Counted from the stretch's first letter, positions 52,668 through 63,468 are shown. The stretch is DNA of 64,000 bases from Anaeromyxobacter sp. (GCA_049840735.1 JASGJN010000020.1:512001-576000); one strand, 5' to 3'. Program-made: numbers and translations. Notes: generated by a model from the letters alone, not told the origin.

Positions 52668-52942
52668 GAGGACCCCCCGGGTCTGGAAATTTGGGTCGTC
52701 CCCGTCGGGTATAATCACCCGCTGTAACATGGCGGATTATTTGGATCCGGACGGCCGGCTGCCTCCGGTCGCGGCCGCACCTGCCGGAATTTCGCGCACT
52801 CAGCCGCGAGCACGCAGGGGTTCTCCCGGCCGCCCGCTCCCTCCACACTCCCGCCACCGATTTCACCGGGCGAGGAACGTCCCACGGCCTCGGGGGCCGG
52901 GCGGGACCGCGGCGGTGGGCGGACCAACGGGGAGCACACGCG

Positions 52943-55630
52943 ATGAAACACCTGAAGCACGGAGCGGTCCTGGCGATGCTGGCGGCAGGGCTCGTGGCCT
53001 GCGGCGGCGCGGGCGGCAGCGGTTCGCAGGCGGGCGGCGGCGACGACGGGACGGTGACGGTGAGCAGCGCGACGCTCAACCCGCCCGACACCTACGTCAA
53101 CCTGTTCAAGTGGCGCTGGACCGACATCGGCAACGAGTGCACCCGGTTCATCGGCCCGGCCGGCATCGGCGCGGTGCAAATCTCCCCGCCCGCCGAGCAC
53201 AAGAACGTGAACGCCTGGTGGAACATCTACCAGCCGGTGAACCACCACGTCCTGACCAGCGACATGGGCAACGCCGGCCAGCTGCAGACCATGATCGAGG
53301 CCTGCCACGCCGCCGGCGTGCGCATCTACGCCGACGTGGTCTTCAACCAGATGGCGGTCGGCAGCGGCACGGGCGTGGGCGGCTCCTCCTTCGACTCGGG
53401 CACCCTCACCTACCCGTTCTTCTCCGCCAGCGACTTCCACCCCTACTGCGACATCAACTACTCCAGCGAGGACAACACCACCGCCTGCTGGCTGCTGGGC
53501 ATGCCCGACCTCAACACCGGCGCCTCCTACGTGCAGGGCCAGTTCCGGGCCTACCTGAACTCGCTCATCGCCATGGGCGTGGACGGCTTCCGCATCGACG
53601 CCTCCAAGCACATCAAGCCCGGTGAGCTGCAGACCATCCTGGCCGGCATGACCCAGACCACCACCCTCGGCGAGCCGGTCTTCATCACCCACGAGGTGAT
53701 CGAGGACCAGGGCTGGATCAACATGGCCGGCTACCAGGCCAGCGGCACCGTCAACGAGTTCCGCTTCGCCCGCGCCATCCGCGACGCGCTCCGCAACGAC
53801 CAGCTGTCCCAGATCACCACCTACTCCGGGACCGGCGCCGGCGGCGGCACCTACCAGCTCATCCCCAGCGACAAGGCCACCATCTTCGTGGCCAACCACG
53901 ACACCGAGCGCCACCCGACCGACTCGCTCAACTACACCAGCGACTCCGGCGGCCGCTATGACCTGGCCAACGTGTACATGCTCGGCCAGCCCTACGGCCG
54001 CGCCCAGCTGCAGTCCGGCTTCTCGTTCTCGTACGCCAACGTGGACGTGAACATGCCGAGCGCGAGCCCGTACGACGCGAGCGGCAACCCCATCTTCACC
54101 ACCACCTGCAGCAACACCTCGGCCGCCTGCGGCTGGGACTTCACCCACCGCTGGAGCACCATCTACCCGATGGTGAAGTTCCGCAGCGCTGCCGCCGGCA
54201 CGGCCATGACCGTCCGCTCCACCGGCAACGGCAACCAGATCGCCTTCAGCCGCGGCAGCGTGGGCTTCGTGGCCCTCAACAACGCCGGCTCCTCGTGGGC
54301 GCTCTCGACCGCCACCGGGCTGCAGAAGGGCACCTACTGCAACATCGTGCACGGCCTCAAGTCGGCCGACGGCAAGAGCTGCACCGCCGACTCGGTCGTG
54401 GTGGACGCGAGCGGCAACATCTCCGTCACCGTCCCGGCCCGCGGCGGCAGCGCGCTCTCCGCGGTGGCCATCTACACCGGGCAGATGATCGACGGCGTGG
54501 TGGTGATCCCCACCGCGCCCACCAACCTGTCCGGCTCGCTCTCCGGCACCTCCGCCACCCTGTCCTGGACCGCCTCGGCCGGCGCCACCAGCTACACCGT
54601 GTACCGCGCCACCGCCGCGGCCGGGCCGTTCAGCGTGGCCGGCACCAGCAACACCACCGGCTTCAGCGACGCCGGGCTCGCCGCGGCCACGGCGTACTAC
54701 TACTACGTCACCGCCTCCAACACGGCCGGCACCTCGCCCCCCTCCACCACCCTGGCGCTGAAGCCGGGGACGCCGTACACGTCCAACTACCCGACCATGC
54801 ACCTGCGCGGCACCATGAACACCTGGGGCGCGACGGCCATGGCGCTGGTGGCCAACAACACCTGGTCGGTGGACGTCACCCTGACCGCCGGCACGACCTA
54901 CCAGTACAAGTACGAGGTCGGCGGCGGGTCCACCTGGACGACGAACTGGGGCCTTTCCACCGCCTCCACCACCAGCACCACCTCCGGGACCCTGGTGCAG
55001 GGCGGCTACAACGTCTACTTCACCGCCACCGCCACCGGCGTGCACACCCTGAGCTTCAACGACGCCACGCTGGCGTACAAGGTCGTGGCCCCCACCCCGA
55101 ACCCGCCCGCGGCCCCGACCAACCTGACGGGCACGGTCTCCGGCTCCACCGTCGCGCTGACCTGGACCTCCTCGGCCGGCGCCACCAGCTACACCGTCTT
55201 CCGCGGCGCCGCCTCGGCCGGGCCGTTCACGCAGCTGGGCACCACGACCAGCACCAGCTACAACGACACCGGCGTCTCGCCCGGCACCTACTACTACGCG
55301 GTGTCGGCCTCCAACAGCGCCGGCACCTCGCCGCTCACGCCGGTCATCCCCGTGGTGGTGCCGTCCTCCGCGACCACCACCATCCGCGTCCACTACGACG
55401 TCGGCTTCGGCAACAGCGTTGCCATCCGCGGCAGCGTCTCGCCCCTCACCTGGACCAAGGGCGCGGCGGCCCAGTGGACGACCGGCAACATCTGGGTCTA
55501 CACCACGACCGACATCGCCGCCGGCACGCGGTTCGAGTACAAGCCGCTCCGGAACGACGTCACCTGGTCCACCGGCAGCAACTACGTCGGCACCGGCGGC
55601 GCCACCATGGACATCTACCCTTCGTTCTGA
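52943..55630 (+). CDS. Lipoprotein alpha-amylase (GH13) with two FN3 domains and starch-binding modules (internal SusE-like, C-terminal CBM20-like)
   Basis: Lipobox LVAC; LFKWRWTDIGNEC, VQISPP, YQPV, DVVFNQM, DGFRIDASKH, FVANHD; two PTNLxG...WT..AGATSY FN3 units; HLRGTMNTWG; IRVHYDVGFGN. Confidence 0.92.
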   Translation: MKHLKHGAVLAMLAAGLVACGGAGGSGSQAGGGDDGTVTVSSATLNPPDTYVNLFKWRWTDIGNECTRFIGPAGIGAVQISPPAEHKNVNAWWNIYQPVNHHVLTSDMGNAGQLQTMIEACHAAGVRIYADVVFNQMAVGSGTGVGGSSFDSGTLTYPFFSASDFHPYCDINYSSEDNTTACWLLGMPDLNTGASYVQGQFRAYLNSLIAMGVDGFRIDASKHIKPGELQTILAGMTQTTTLGEPVFITHEVIEDQGWINMAGYQASGTVNEFRFARAIRDALRNDQLSQITTYSGTGAGGGTYQLIPSDKATIFVANHDTERHPTDSLNYTSDSGGRYDLANVYMLGQPYGRAQLQSGFSFSYANVDVNMPSASPYDASGNPIFTTTCSNTSAACGWDFTHRWSTIYPMVKFRSAAAGTAMTVRSTGNGNQIAFSRGSVGFVALNNAGSSWALSTATGLQKGTYCNIVHGLKSADGKSCTADSVVVDASGNISVTVPARGGSALSAVAIYTGQMIDGVVVIPTAPTNLSGSLSGTSATLSWTASAGATSYTVYRATAAAGPFSVAGTSNTTGFSDAGLAAATAYYYYVTASNTAGTSPPSTTLALKPGTPYTSNYPTMHLRGTMNTWGATAMALVANNTWSVDVTLTAGTTYQYKYEVGGGSTWTTNWGLSTASTTSTTSGTLVQGGYNVYFTATATGVHTLSFNDATLAYKVVAPTPNPPAAPTNLTGTVSGSTVALTWTSSAGATSYTVFRGAASAGPFTQLGTTTSTSYNDTGVSPGTYYYAVSASNSAGTSPLTPVIPVVVPSSATTTIRVHYDVGFGNSVAIRGSVSPLTWTKGAAAQWTTGNIWVYTTTDIAAGTRFEYKPLRNDVTWSTGSNYVGTGGATMDIYPSF

Positions 55631-55652
55631 TCCCGGCCCCAGGGCTGGACGC

Positions 55653-55684
55653 GAACGGCCTCCGCCTCCGGGCGGGGGCCGTTC
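55653..55684 (+). terminator. Rho-independent terminator-like hairpin after the amylase
   Basis: GAACGGCCTCCGCC-TCCG-GGCGGGGGCCGTTC followed by CATTTG. Confidence 0.6.
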
Positions 55685-55845
55685 CATTTGCTGGCGCCTC
55701 CCCGGCAGGCGTCCGGCCCTGGGAGAGGCGGGTCCGCCGCCGCCCTGACCCGCGGTCCACCCCCCGGTGGGCCTCCCCTTTCACCGCCTGCGCTCGCCGC
55801 GCTATGCAGGTGGGGTCGCTGCGCCCAGCCGCGCGGGACCGGGTG

Positions 55846-57471
55846 ATGGAATACACCGAAGCGACCCCTGGCGCCCGGACGGGCGCCACGACGAGCGGCC
55901 TCGACGCCGAGGGCGCCCTCCATTTCCTCGCCGGCATCCTCGACGCCCTGCCCAACCCGGTCTTCGTGAAGGACGAGCGCCACCGCTTCGTCCTCGTGAA
56001 CGACCTGCTCTGCCAGCTGCTGGGCCGGGCGCGCCCGGATCTGCTGGGCCGCAGCGACCCGGAGTTCTTCCCCGCCGAGGAGGTGGAGGTCTTCTGGCGC
56101 CAGGACGACCTGGTCTTCACCACCGGCGAGGTCAACGAGAACGAGGAGGCCTTCACCGACGCCTGGGGCACGTCCCACGTCATCCTCACCCGCAAGACGC
56201 TCTACGTGGACCCGGGCGGGCGGCGCTACCTGGTCGGCGTCATCACCGACATCACTGAGCGCAAGCACCACGAGGAGGAGCTGGTCCGCACCCGCGACGC
56301 GCTGGAGTCGAGGGTGGCCCAGCGCACCGGCGAGCTGCGGCGCGCCAACGACCGGCTCCGCCGCGCGGACCAGCACAAGGACGAGTTCCTGGCGGTGCTC
56401 TCTCACGAGCTCCGCAACCCGCTGGCCCCGGTGCGGAACGCGCTCTGGCTGCTCGACCACGCGGGGCCCGGCAGCCCGGAGGCGTCCCGCGCCCGCGAGA
56501 CCATCGGCCGCCAGGTGCTCCACCTGACCCGGCTCATCGACGACCTGCTGGACGTGACCCGCATCTCGCGCGGCAAGATCCTGCTGCAGCGCGGGCGGCT
56601 CGACCTGGTGGACCTGGTGCGGCGCACCGCCGAGGATCACCGGCCGCTCTTCTCCGCCCGGCAGGTGCGGCTGGAGGTGGCGGCCGGCGCCCTGCCCATC
56701 TGGGTGGACGCCGACGGCACCCGCGTCGCGCAGGTGGTCGGGAACCTGCTCACCAACGCGGCCAAGTTCGCGCAGCCCGCCACCGGGGTGCAGGTCGCCG
56801 TGGCCCGCGAGCCCGGCGGCAGCGCCGAGGTCCGCGTGCGGGATCAAGGGGTGGGCATCGAGCCGGCCTTCCTCTCCCGCCTCTTCGAGCCCTTCATGCA
56901 GGCCGACGCCACGCTGCACCGCACGCGCGGCGGGCTGGGGCTGGGCCTCTCGCTGGTGAAGGGGCTGGTGGAGCTGCACGGCGGGACCGTCTCGGCCCGC
57001 AGCGACGGCCCGGGCCAGGGGGCGGAGTTCACGGTCCGGATCCCGCTCGCGCCGGAGGCGCCGGCGCTCGACCGCGCCCCGCCGCGCCAGCCCGCCGACA
57101 CGAGCCCGCGCCGCCGCGTGCTGGTGGTGGAGGACAACGCCGACGCGGCCGAGACCCTCTGCGAGATGCTGGACGTCTGGGGTCACGAGGTGGCCCTGGC
57201 ACGCGACGGCCGGGCCGGGCTGGGGCTGGCGCGCAGCTTCCGGCCCGACCTGATCCTCTGCGACATCGGCCTGCCGGAGCTGGACGGCTACGAGGTGGCC
57301 CGCGCCATCCGCGCCGACCCGGCGCTGGCCGGCACGTTCCTGGTGGCCCTGACCGGCTACGCCTCGCCGGAGGACCAGCGCAAGGCGGCGGACGCGGGGT
57401 TCCACCGGCACCTGGCCAAGCCGGTGCCGATCGACGTCATCGAGGAGGTGCTGGCGACGGCGCCGCGGTAG
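55846..57471 (+). CDS. PAS hybrid sensor histidine kinase / receiver
   Basis: PNPVFVKD PAS, LSHELRNPL, NLLTNAAKF, GGLGLGL, receiver VVEDN...CDIGLP. Confidence 0.95.
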   Translation: MEYTEATPGARTGATTSGLDAEGALHFLAGILDALPNPVFVKDERHRFVLVNDLLCQLLGRARPDLLGRSDPEFFPAEEVEVFWRQDDLVFTTGEVNENEEAFTDAWGTSHVILTRKTLYVDPGGRRYLVGVITDITERKHHEEELVRTRDALESRVAQRTGELRRANDRLRRADQHKDEFLAVLSHELRNPLAPVRNALWLLDHAGPGSPEASRARETIGRQVLHLTRLIDDLLDVTRISRGKILLQRGRLDLVDLVRRTAEDHRPLFSARQVRLEVAAGALPIWVDADGTRVAQVVGNLLTNAAKFAQPATGVQVAVAREPGGSAEVRVRDQGVGIEPAFLSRLFEPFMQADATLHRTRGGLGLGLSLVKGLVELHGGTVSARSDGPGQGAEFTVRIPLAPEAPALDRAPPRQPADTSPRRRVLVVEDNADAAETLCEMLDVWGHEVALARDGRAGLGLARSFRPDLILCDIGLPELDGYEVARAIRADPALAGTFLVALTGYASPEDQRKAADAGFHRHLAKPVPIDVIEEVLATAPR

Positions 57472-57557
57472 CGGCTGAGGGCACCTGCCGCCGCGCCGCA
57501 CCCCCGTTCGTCCTGAGCGGATGGTGAACGACGGCGGGGTCCGCTTGCTGGCCGCGC

Positions 57558-58190
57558 TCAGCCCCCCTGCATCCAGCGCTTCATGGCCGGGACCACCGTG
57601 CGGCCCCAGGCCGGCGTGGCCCGGACCTCCAGGAAGGCCTCCACCAGCGCGTCCACGAAGCCGGACAGCTGCTCCGCCAGCGCCAGCCGCTCCAGCACCC
57701 GGTCGTCCTCGGCCTCGGCCAGGAGCTCGGGCAGCTTGGCCGAGCGCACGTCGAGGAACTCGGCGTCGAGCGTGGCCTCGAAGACCCGCTCGCCGTGGGT
57801 GAGCCTGAGCCGCGCCTGGTGGACCAGCAGCCCGGCGTCGATGGCGCGGCGGACCTGCTCGGCGTAGGGCGCCTCGGTGCCGCGCGCGGTCAGCTCCACC
57901 ACGTCGCCGGCGATGCCCCGCAGCGCCAGCTTGCCGGTGAACAGCACCACCAGCCCGGCCCCGTCCACCTCCACCAGCGGCTCGCCCTCCTCCGACCGCC
58001 AGAGCAGCCAGGTGAGCCACTCGCGGCCCAGCCAGGTGCGCCCGCGCAGCAGCGCCTCGCGCGCCTTGCCGCGCTCCACCTCGGCCTGGTCCTGCTCCGC
58101 CTCCGTGGCCTGGCCGTCCACGCCCACGTCGCCGCGGAGGAAGGCCGCCTCGGCCCGCGCCCCGCCCCGCCCGCCCTCAGCCCTCGCCAC
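57558..58190 (-). CDS. RdgC-related protein (second of a tandem pair)
   Basis: WLGREWLTWLLWRSE motif; overlaps the RdgC-like gene upstream. Confidence 0.6.
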   Translation of the reverse strand: MARAEGGRGGARAEAAFLRGDVGVDGQATEAEQDQAEVERGKAREALLRGRTWLGREWLTWLLWRSEEGEPLVEVDGAGLVVLFTGKLALRGIAGDVVELTARGTEAPYAEQVRRAIDAGLLVHQARLRLTHGERVFEATLDAEFLDVRSAKLPELLAEAEDDRVLERLALAEQLSGFVDALVEAFLEVRATPAWGRTVVPAMKRWMQGG

Positions 58191-58806
58191 GGACCACCTC
58201 CTTCGCCCCCAGGCCGACCAGCGCCGGGGTGGGCCCCAGGGCCGACTCCGGCAGCCGGGCCAGCGTGGCCGCCGCGCCCGGCGTGCAGGGCTGCAGCTCC
58301 ACCTTGAGCGCCTCCTCCAGCGCGGCCACGATCTCCTCCACCACCTTGCGCGAGGCGGCCCAGACCGCCACCTGCCCGGTGTCCAGGTTCCAGCTCAGGT
58401 CGTAGGTCTTGCTCACCGGCGGCGTCTTGCTGCGCAGCGCAGCGCGGATGGCGTCCTTGCGCGCCGCCTTCTCCCCGCGGGTGGCCGGCCGGCCCTTCTC
58501 CGCCTCGTGGGCCTGCTGCCAGCGCCCCAGCTCCGCCTTGACCGCCGCGCCGGGGATCTTCACCGCGTCCACGCGCCAGGCCACCAGCAGGTGGTCGCCG
58601 GTGAGCGTGTCGCCGCCGAAGCCGGTGGCGTCGGCGTCCTCCAGCTCCACGAAGCCGGCGGCGCGCTCCTCGTCGCCGCGGGCCGGGTCGAGCGGCTCGA
58701 AGGCCTTCTTGCGCAGGCCCTGGGTCAGCCAGCGCTTGACGTCGCCGCGCGGGCGGGCGCCCGCCTTGAAGCGGGCGAAGGTGACGGAACCGCCGAGGAT
58801 GGGCAT
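58177..58806 (-). CDS. Recombination-associated RdgC-family protein (N-terminal-like half)
   Basis: GSVTFARF, AFEPLD...GFV, RVDAVKIP..AVK, EAEKGRP. Confidence 0.7.
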   Translation of the reverse strand: MPILGGSVTFARFKAGARPRGDVKRWLTQGLRKKAFEPLDPARGDEERAAGFVELEDADATGFGGDTLTGDHLLVAWRVDAVKIPGAAVKAELGRWQQAHEAEKGRPATRGEKAARKDAIRAALRSKTPPVSKTYDLSWNLDTGQVAVWAASRKVVEEIVAALEEALKVELQPCTPGAAATLARLPESALGPTPALVGLGAKEVVRGEG

Positions 58807-58858
58807 AGGGGGCGGCACCATGACCGGGACGGCGGCGCCGGTCAAGGGGCGGCGGCGC

Positions 58859-60496
58859 CTACCAGGGAGCCGGCCGGTAGTCCTTGTAGAACAGGCCCGC
58901 CGCGTGGCGGCCGCTGGCGAACCCCTCGAAGATGGGCGCCACGATCCGGGCCGCGCCGTCCACGATGTCGAGCGGCGGGGAGAACCCGTGCTCCTCCACC
59001 TTGCGCGCCGCCAGGTGGGCCGGGTCCTCGTCGGTCACCCAGCCGGTGTCCACCGCGTTGAGGTGGATGCCGTCCTTGGCGAGGTCCGGCGCGCTGGTCC
59101 GGACCAGCATGTTGAGCGCCGCCTTGGCCATGTTGGTGTGCGGGTGCCGGTCGGTCTTGTGCTCCCGGTAGAACTGCCCCTCCATGGCCGAGACCATCAC
59201 CACGTGGCGGGCGGCGTCGGCGCTGGTGGCCGTCCCCGGCGGCGGGGTGGCCGAGCGCAGCATGAGGGGCTTCAGCCGCGAGGCCATCACGAAGGGCGCG
59301 GTGGCGTTGACCAGCAGCACCTCCAGCAGCTCGAGCGTGGGGACCTCGTGCAGCGCCAGGCGCCAGGAGTTGTGCGTGCGCAGGTCCAGCTGCTGCAGGT
59401 CCTGATCCAGCACGCCGTGCGGGAAGAGCTCCAGCGCGGCCTTGCCGGGCAGGAGCAGGTCCGCGTCGCTGGCGGCCTGGGTGAGCAGGGCCGGGCTGGC
59501 CACGCCCGGCGCGGCCCGCGCGGCGCGCAGCTCGGCCCGCAGCGCCTCGTAGCCGGCCAGCAGCGGCCGCAGCGGCTCGGGGACGTCGCCGGCCGGCCCC
59601 TCCTCCCGCTCCACCAGGTGGGCGTAGAAGCCCGGCGGCCGCCGCACCGTCTGGCAGGCGTTGTGGAGCTGGAAGTCGAGGCGCGGCAGCGTGGTCTCCA
59701 GCCGGTGGCAGAGCAGCTCCACGCTGGGCGTGTGGCGCAGGTCCACGCCGTGGAGGGTGAGCCGGTCGCGCCAGGCCTCGAAGTCCGGCTCGCGCGCGTA
59801 GCGGGCCGCGGCGTCGCGGGGGAAGCGGGTGCAGGCCACCACCGCGCAGCCGGCGCGCAGCAGCAGGATGGCCGCCTGGTAGCCGATCTTGACCCGGGCC
59901 CCGGTCACCAGCGCCACCCGCCCGCGCAGGTCCACGGTGGCGGTGCGGCGGGCGAAGCTCTCCTCGCCGCAGGGCGGGCAGAGCTGGTCGTAGAACGGGT
60001 GCAGGCGGCGGTAGGGCTGCTTGCAGACGTAGCACTTGCGCGGCTCGCGCAGCTCCGGCCCGCCCGCGTCCGCCGGCGCCCCCTGCCGCCCCGGCGCCTC
60101 GGCCCCGGGCAGGAGCCGCGGCCACCAGCCGGACGCGTCGGTGCCGGCCGGCGGCAGCTCCGGGAGCGGCGTCTCGAACACCGGGGCGCGGCGCAGCTGC
60201 TGGATGCCGGTGGCCCGGCGCAGCGCCTCGTCCTCCTCCCGGACCGCGTCGCGCTCCGCCCGGCCCAGCGCCTTGCGCAGCTTGCGCCGCTGCACCACGT
60301 CCGGGCCGGCCACCTCGCCCGCCAGCCGCTGCAGCCGGGTCCGCGTGGCCGCGTCCACCTGGGCCAGCAGCCCGCGATCCGCCGCCACCGCCGCCAGGAC
60401 CTCCACCGCGGCGGCGATCTGGCCTGCACCCACCGGGATCTCCCCCGGCAGGCCGCCCACCTCCGCCTCGACTGGCCCTCGCTCGTCACCCGGCAT
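58859..60496 (-). CDS. SDR oxidoreductase with an N-terminal extension and a 4-Cys zinc-ribbon-like motif
   Basis: CYVCK...LCPPC; VTGARVKIG; NACQT; HPHTNMAKAALNM; DTGW. Confidence 0.85.
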   Translation of the reverse strand: MPGDERGPVEAEVGGLPGEIPVGAGQIAAAVEVLAAVAADRGLLAQVDAATRTRLQRLAGEVAGPDVVQRRKLRKALGRAERDAVREEDEALRRATGIQQLRRAPVFETPLPELPPAGTDASGWWPRLLPGAEAPGRQGAPADAGGPELREPRKCYVCKQPYRRLHPFYDQLCPPCGEESFARRTATVDLRGRVALVTGARVKIGYQAAILLLRAGCAVVACTRFPRDAAARYAREPDFEAWRDRLTLHGVDLRHTPSVELLCHRLETTLPRLDFQLHNACQTVRRPPGFYAHLVEREEGPAGDVPEPLRPLLAGYEALRAELRAARAAPGVASPALLTQAASDADLLLPGKAALELFPHGVLDQDLQQLDLRTHNSWRLALHEVPTLELLEVLLVNATAPFVMASRLKPLMLRSATPPPGTATSADAARHVVMVSAMEGQFYREHKTDRHPHTNMAKAALNMLVRTSAPDLAKDGIHLNAVDTGWVTDEDPAHLAARKVEEHGFSPPLDIVDGAARIVAPIFEGFASGRHAAGLFYKDYRPAPW

Positions 60497-60559
60497 GCGG
60501 GACCTTCCTACCCTGGGAAGGCCCGTCCTGCCCAGGGGCGGGAGGGCTACACTGGCCCC

Positions 60560-61066
60560 ATGTCCAAGGCGTTCACCAGCGAGGAGACGCCCGAGAGCGT
60601 CCCGGTGGTGCGGCCGCCGCCCCGGCTGCGCCCGGGCGAGGTGCGCTACGTCACGCCGGAGGGGCAAGCGGCCCTCACCGCCGCCCGCGCCCACCTGGCC
60701 GCGGCGCGCGCGGAGGCGCTGCGCCTGGCCGAGCCGGAGCGCGCCGCGCGCCTGGCCGAGCTGGACGCCCGGCTGGCGGCCGCGGACGGCACCCTGGCCG
60801 CGCTGACCGTGCTGGGTCCGACCGGCCCCGAGGACCAGGTCGGGTTCGGGAGCTGGGTCACCGTGGAGAACGAGGCCGGCCAGCGCACCACCTGGCGCAT
60901 CGTGGGGCCGGACGAGGCCGACGCCCGCCGGGGCTCCATCAGCGCCGAGGCCCCGGTCGCCCGGGCGCTCCTCGGGCGCGAGGCCGGAGATGAGGTCGAG
61001 GTCCAGCGACCAGGAGGGTCCCGGACCCTGCGGGTGGTCGAGGTGCGGCGCACGGTGCCGGCGTGA
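60560..61066 (+). CDS. GreA/GreB-family factor with a short coiled coil
   Basis: MSKAFTSEE, YVTPEG, VGFGSWV...IVGPDEAD...ISAEAPVARALLG. Confidence 0.85.
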   Translation: MSKAFTSEETPESVPVVRPPPRLRPGEVRYVTPEGQAALTAARAHLAAARAEALRLAEPERAARLAELDARLAAADGTLAALTVLGPTGPEDQVGFGSWVTVENEAGQRTTWRIVGPDEADARRGSISAEAPVARALLGREAGDEVEVQRPGGSRTLRVVEVRRTVPA

Positions 61067-61184
61067 GCCCGGCCGGCGCGGAGAGCAGGAAACCGGCACA
61101 GGTCAAGCAGATCCGATGGGCGCGCACGGGTGCCGCAGGCTGTGCAAGGCGGCCGCACCGGCGTAAGGTGCGTCTGGATCCCGA

Positions 61185-62222
61185 ATGCCCCCGCCCCCTC
61201 CTGCGAGCAAGCCCGCCGCCTCGCGGCGCCCCGCGGTCATGGCCGACGTCGCCAAGCTGGCCGGCGTCTCCCACCAGACCGTGTCGCGCGTGCTGCACGA
61301 CAGCCCCTACGTCCGCCCCGACACGCGGGAGCGGGTGCTGCGCGCCATCCGGCAGCTCGACTACCGGCCCAACCTCGCCGCCCAGGCGCTGGTCACCGGG
61401 CGGACGCGCACGCTGGGCGTGGTGAGCTTCGACTCCAGCCTCTACGGCCCCGCCTCGACGCTGGTGGGCATCGAGGAGGCCGCCCACCAGGCCGGCTACG
61501 GCGTCACCATCGCCAGCCTCAAGTCGCTCCACCGGGCGGCGGTGCTGGGCGCGGTGCAGCGGCTGCACGACCAGGGCGTGGACGGGGTGGTGGTCATCGC
61601 GCCGGTCCGCTCCACCGTGGAGGCGCTGCGCCACGTCCCGGAGCACGCGCTGGTGGTGGCGGTGGAGGCCGGCCCGGAGGACTCGGTGCCGGTGGTGGCG
61701 GTGGACCAGCACGCCGGCGCGGTGGCGGCCACCCAGCACCTGCTGGACCTGGGCCACGCCACGGTCTGGCACCTGGCGGGCCCGTCGGAGTACCTCGAGG
61801 CCGACCAGCGGCTGGAGGCCTGGCGCTGCACGCTGGAGGCGGCCGGCCGGCGCATCCCGCCGGTGCTGCGCGGCGACTGGAGCGCCCGCTCCGGCTACGA
61901 GCTGGGCGAGCGGCTGCTGGAGGCCGCCGACCTCACCGCCGTCTTCGTGGCCAACGACCAGATGGCGCTGGGGCTGCTGCGGCGGCTGCACGAGGCCGGC
62001 CGGCGCATCCCGCGAGACATCAGCGTGGTCGGGTTCGACGACATCCCGGAGGCGGCCTACTTCACGCCCCCGCTCACCACCGTCCGCCAGGACTTCGCCG
62101 AGGTGGGGCGCCGCAGCCTGCACCTCTTGCTGGCGCAGCTGGGCCAGGGCGGCCGGCAGTGGTCGCGCGTGGTGGTCGCGCCGGAGCTGGTGGTGCGGGG
62201 GTCGAGCGCCAGGCCGGGGTAG
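61185..62222 (+). CDS. LacI-family transcriptional regulator
   Basis: MADVAKLAGVSHQTVSRVL, YRPN, ANDQMALG, VVGFDD, LTTVRQ. Confidence 0.95.
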   Translation: MPPPPPASKPAASRRPAVMADVAKLAGVSHQTVSRVLHDSPYVRPDTRERVLRAIRQLDYRPNLAAQALVTGRTRTLGVVSFDSSLYGPASTLVGIEEAAHQAGYGVTIASLKSLHRAAVLGAVQRLHDQGVDGVVVIAPVRSTVEALRHVPEHALVVAVEAGPEDSVPVVAVDQHAGAVAATQHLLDLGHATVWHLAGPSEYLEADQRLEAWRCTLEAAGRRIPPVLRGDWSARSGYELGERLLEAADLTAVFVANDQMALGLLRRLHEAGRRIPRDISVVGFDDIPEAAYFTPPLTTVRQDFAEVGRRSLHLLLAQLGQGGRQWSRVVVAPELVVRGSSARPG

Positions 62223-62301
62223 CGCCTCTTCGACTTCGCGAGCCCCGCGGGCTCGCCACGCTCAGGACGAACGGATCGCGTCGACGCAGGGGCGCCGGTC
62301 C

Positions 62302-63468
62302 TCAGGCGTCCGCCAGCGCCCGCTCGGCGATCAGCGTCAGCTCCGCCTCGGTGAGCGCCACCGGGTTGGCCTTCATGCTGCTGGCCGCCCTGGCGCGGGC
62401 CACCAGCGCCGGCACCTCGGCCGGTGGCAGCCCCAGCGAGGCCAGCCCGCGCACGCCCAGCGCGCGGCAGAGGCCGGCGATCCAGGCGATGCCCTCCTCC
62501 GGCGCCTCCAGCGGGCGGCCGGTGAGCCAGGCCGCCACCTCGGCCAGCCGCGCCAGCGCCGGGTGCGCCGGGGCGCGGGCCCGCAGCGCGGCCAGGTTCA
62601 CCTCCAGGCAAGGCACCAGCAGCGCCGCGCACAGGGCGCCGTGCGGCGCGTCCAGCATCCCGCCGGCCGGGCCGGCGAAGCCGTGGACCGCCCCCAGCCC
62701 GGCGTTGGCCAGGCACAGGCCGCCGAACAGGCTGGTCAGGGCCAGGTCCTCGCGCGCCGCCGCGTCCGGCCCGTCCAGCACGGCCCGGCGCAGCGCGCGG
62801 GCCGAGCGGCGGATGCCGTCCGCCGCCAGCGCGTCGGTGAACGGGTTGGCCCGCGCCGAGAGGTAGGGCTCCAGCACCTGCGTGAAGGCGTCCAGGCCGC
62901 TCGAGGCCATCACGGAGCGCGGCGCCCCGGCCAGCAGGTCCGGGTCCACCACCGCCACCCGCGGCAGCAGCAGCGGGCTGCGCAGGCTCACCTTCACGCC
63001 CGCCTCCGGCACGCCCAGCACCGCGTTGCGGGTCACCTCCGAGCCGGTCCCGGCGGTGGTGGGCAGCGCCACCAGCGGCAGCACCGGCCCCTGCAGCGGC
63101 AGGCCCTTCCCCACCACCTCCAGGTGCTCGTAGGGATTGGCGCCGCCGGCCAGCCCCGCCACCGCCTTGCCCGCGTCCAGCGCGCTCCCGCCGCCGATGG
63201 CCACCACGCCGTCGCACTTCTCCCCGGCGGCCAGCGCCACGCCCTCCAGCACGGACGCGACGGTCGGCTCGCCCGCCACGCGGAAGGGGATCACCACCAG
63301 CCCCCTGGCCTCCAGCCCCGCCTGCAGCGCCGCGGCGCGGGCGGGCGTGCGGCCGGTCACCAGCAGCGCGCGGCGGACGCCCAGCGCCGCCACCTCGGCC
63401 GGCGCCTCGGCGGCCTTGCCGGCCCCGAAGACGATCCGGGCCGGGGTGTGCAGCTCGAAGCTCACCAT
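62302..63468 (-). CDS. Iron-containing alcohol dehydrogenase
   Basis: [31 protein letters not shown]. Confidence 0.93.
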   Translation of the reverse strand: MVSFELHTPARIVFGAGKAAEAPAEVAALGVRRALLVTGRTPARAAALQAGLEARGLVVIPFRVAGEPTVASVLEGVALAAGEKCDGVVAIGGGSALDAGKAVAGLAGGANPYEHLEVVGKGLPLQGPVLPLVALPTTAGTGSEVTRNAVLGVPEAGVKVSLRSPLLLPRVAVVDPDLLAGAPRSVMASSGLDAFTQVLEPYLSARANPFTDALAADGIRRSARALRRAVLDGPDAAAREDLALTSLFGGLCLANAGLGAVHGFAGPAGGMLDAPHGALCAALLVPCLEVNLAALRARAPAHPALARLAEVAAWLTGRPLEAPEEGIAWIAGLCRALGVRGLASLGLPPAEVPALVARARAASSMKANPVALTEAELTLIAERALADA

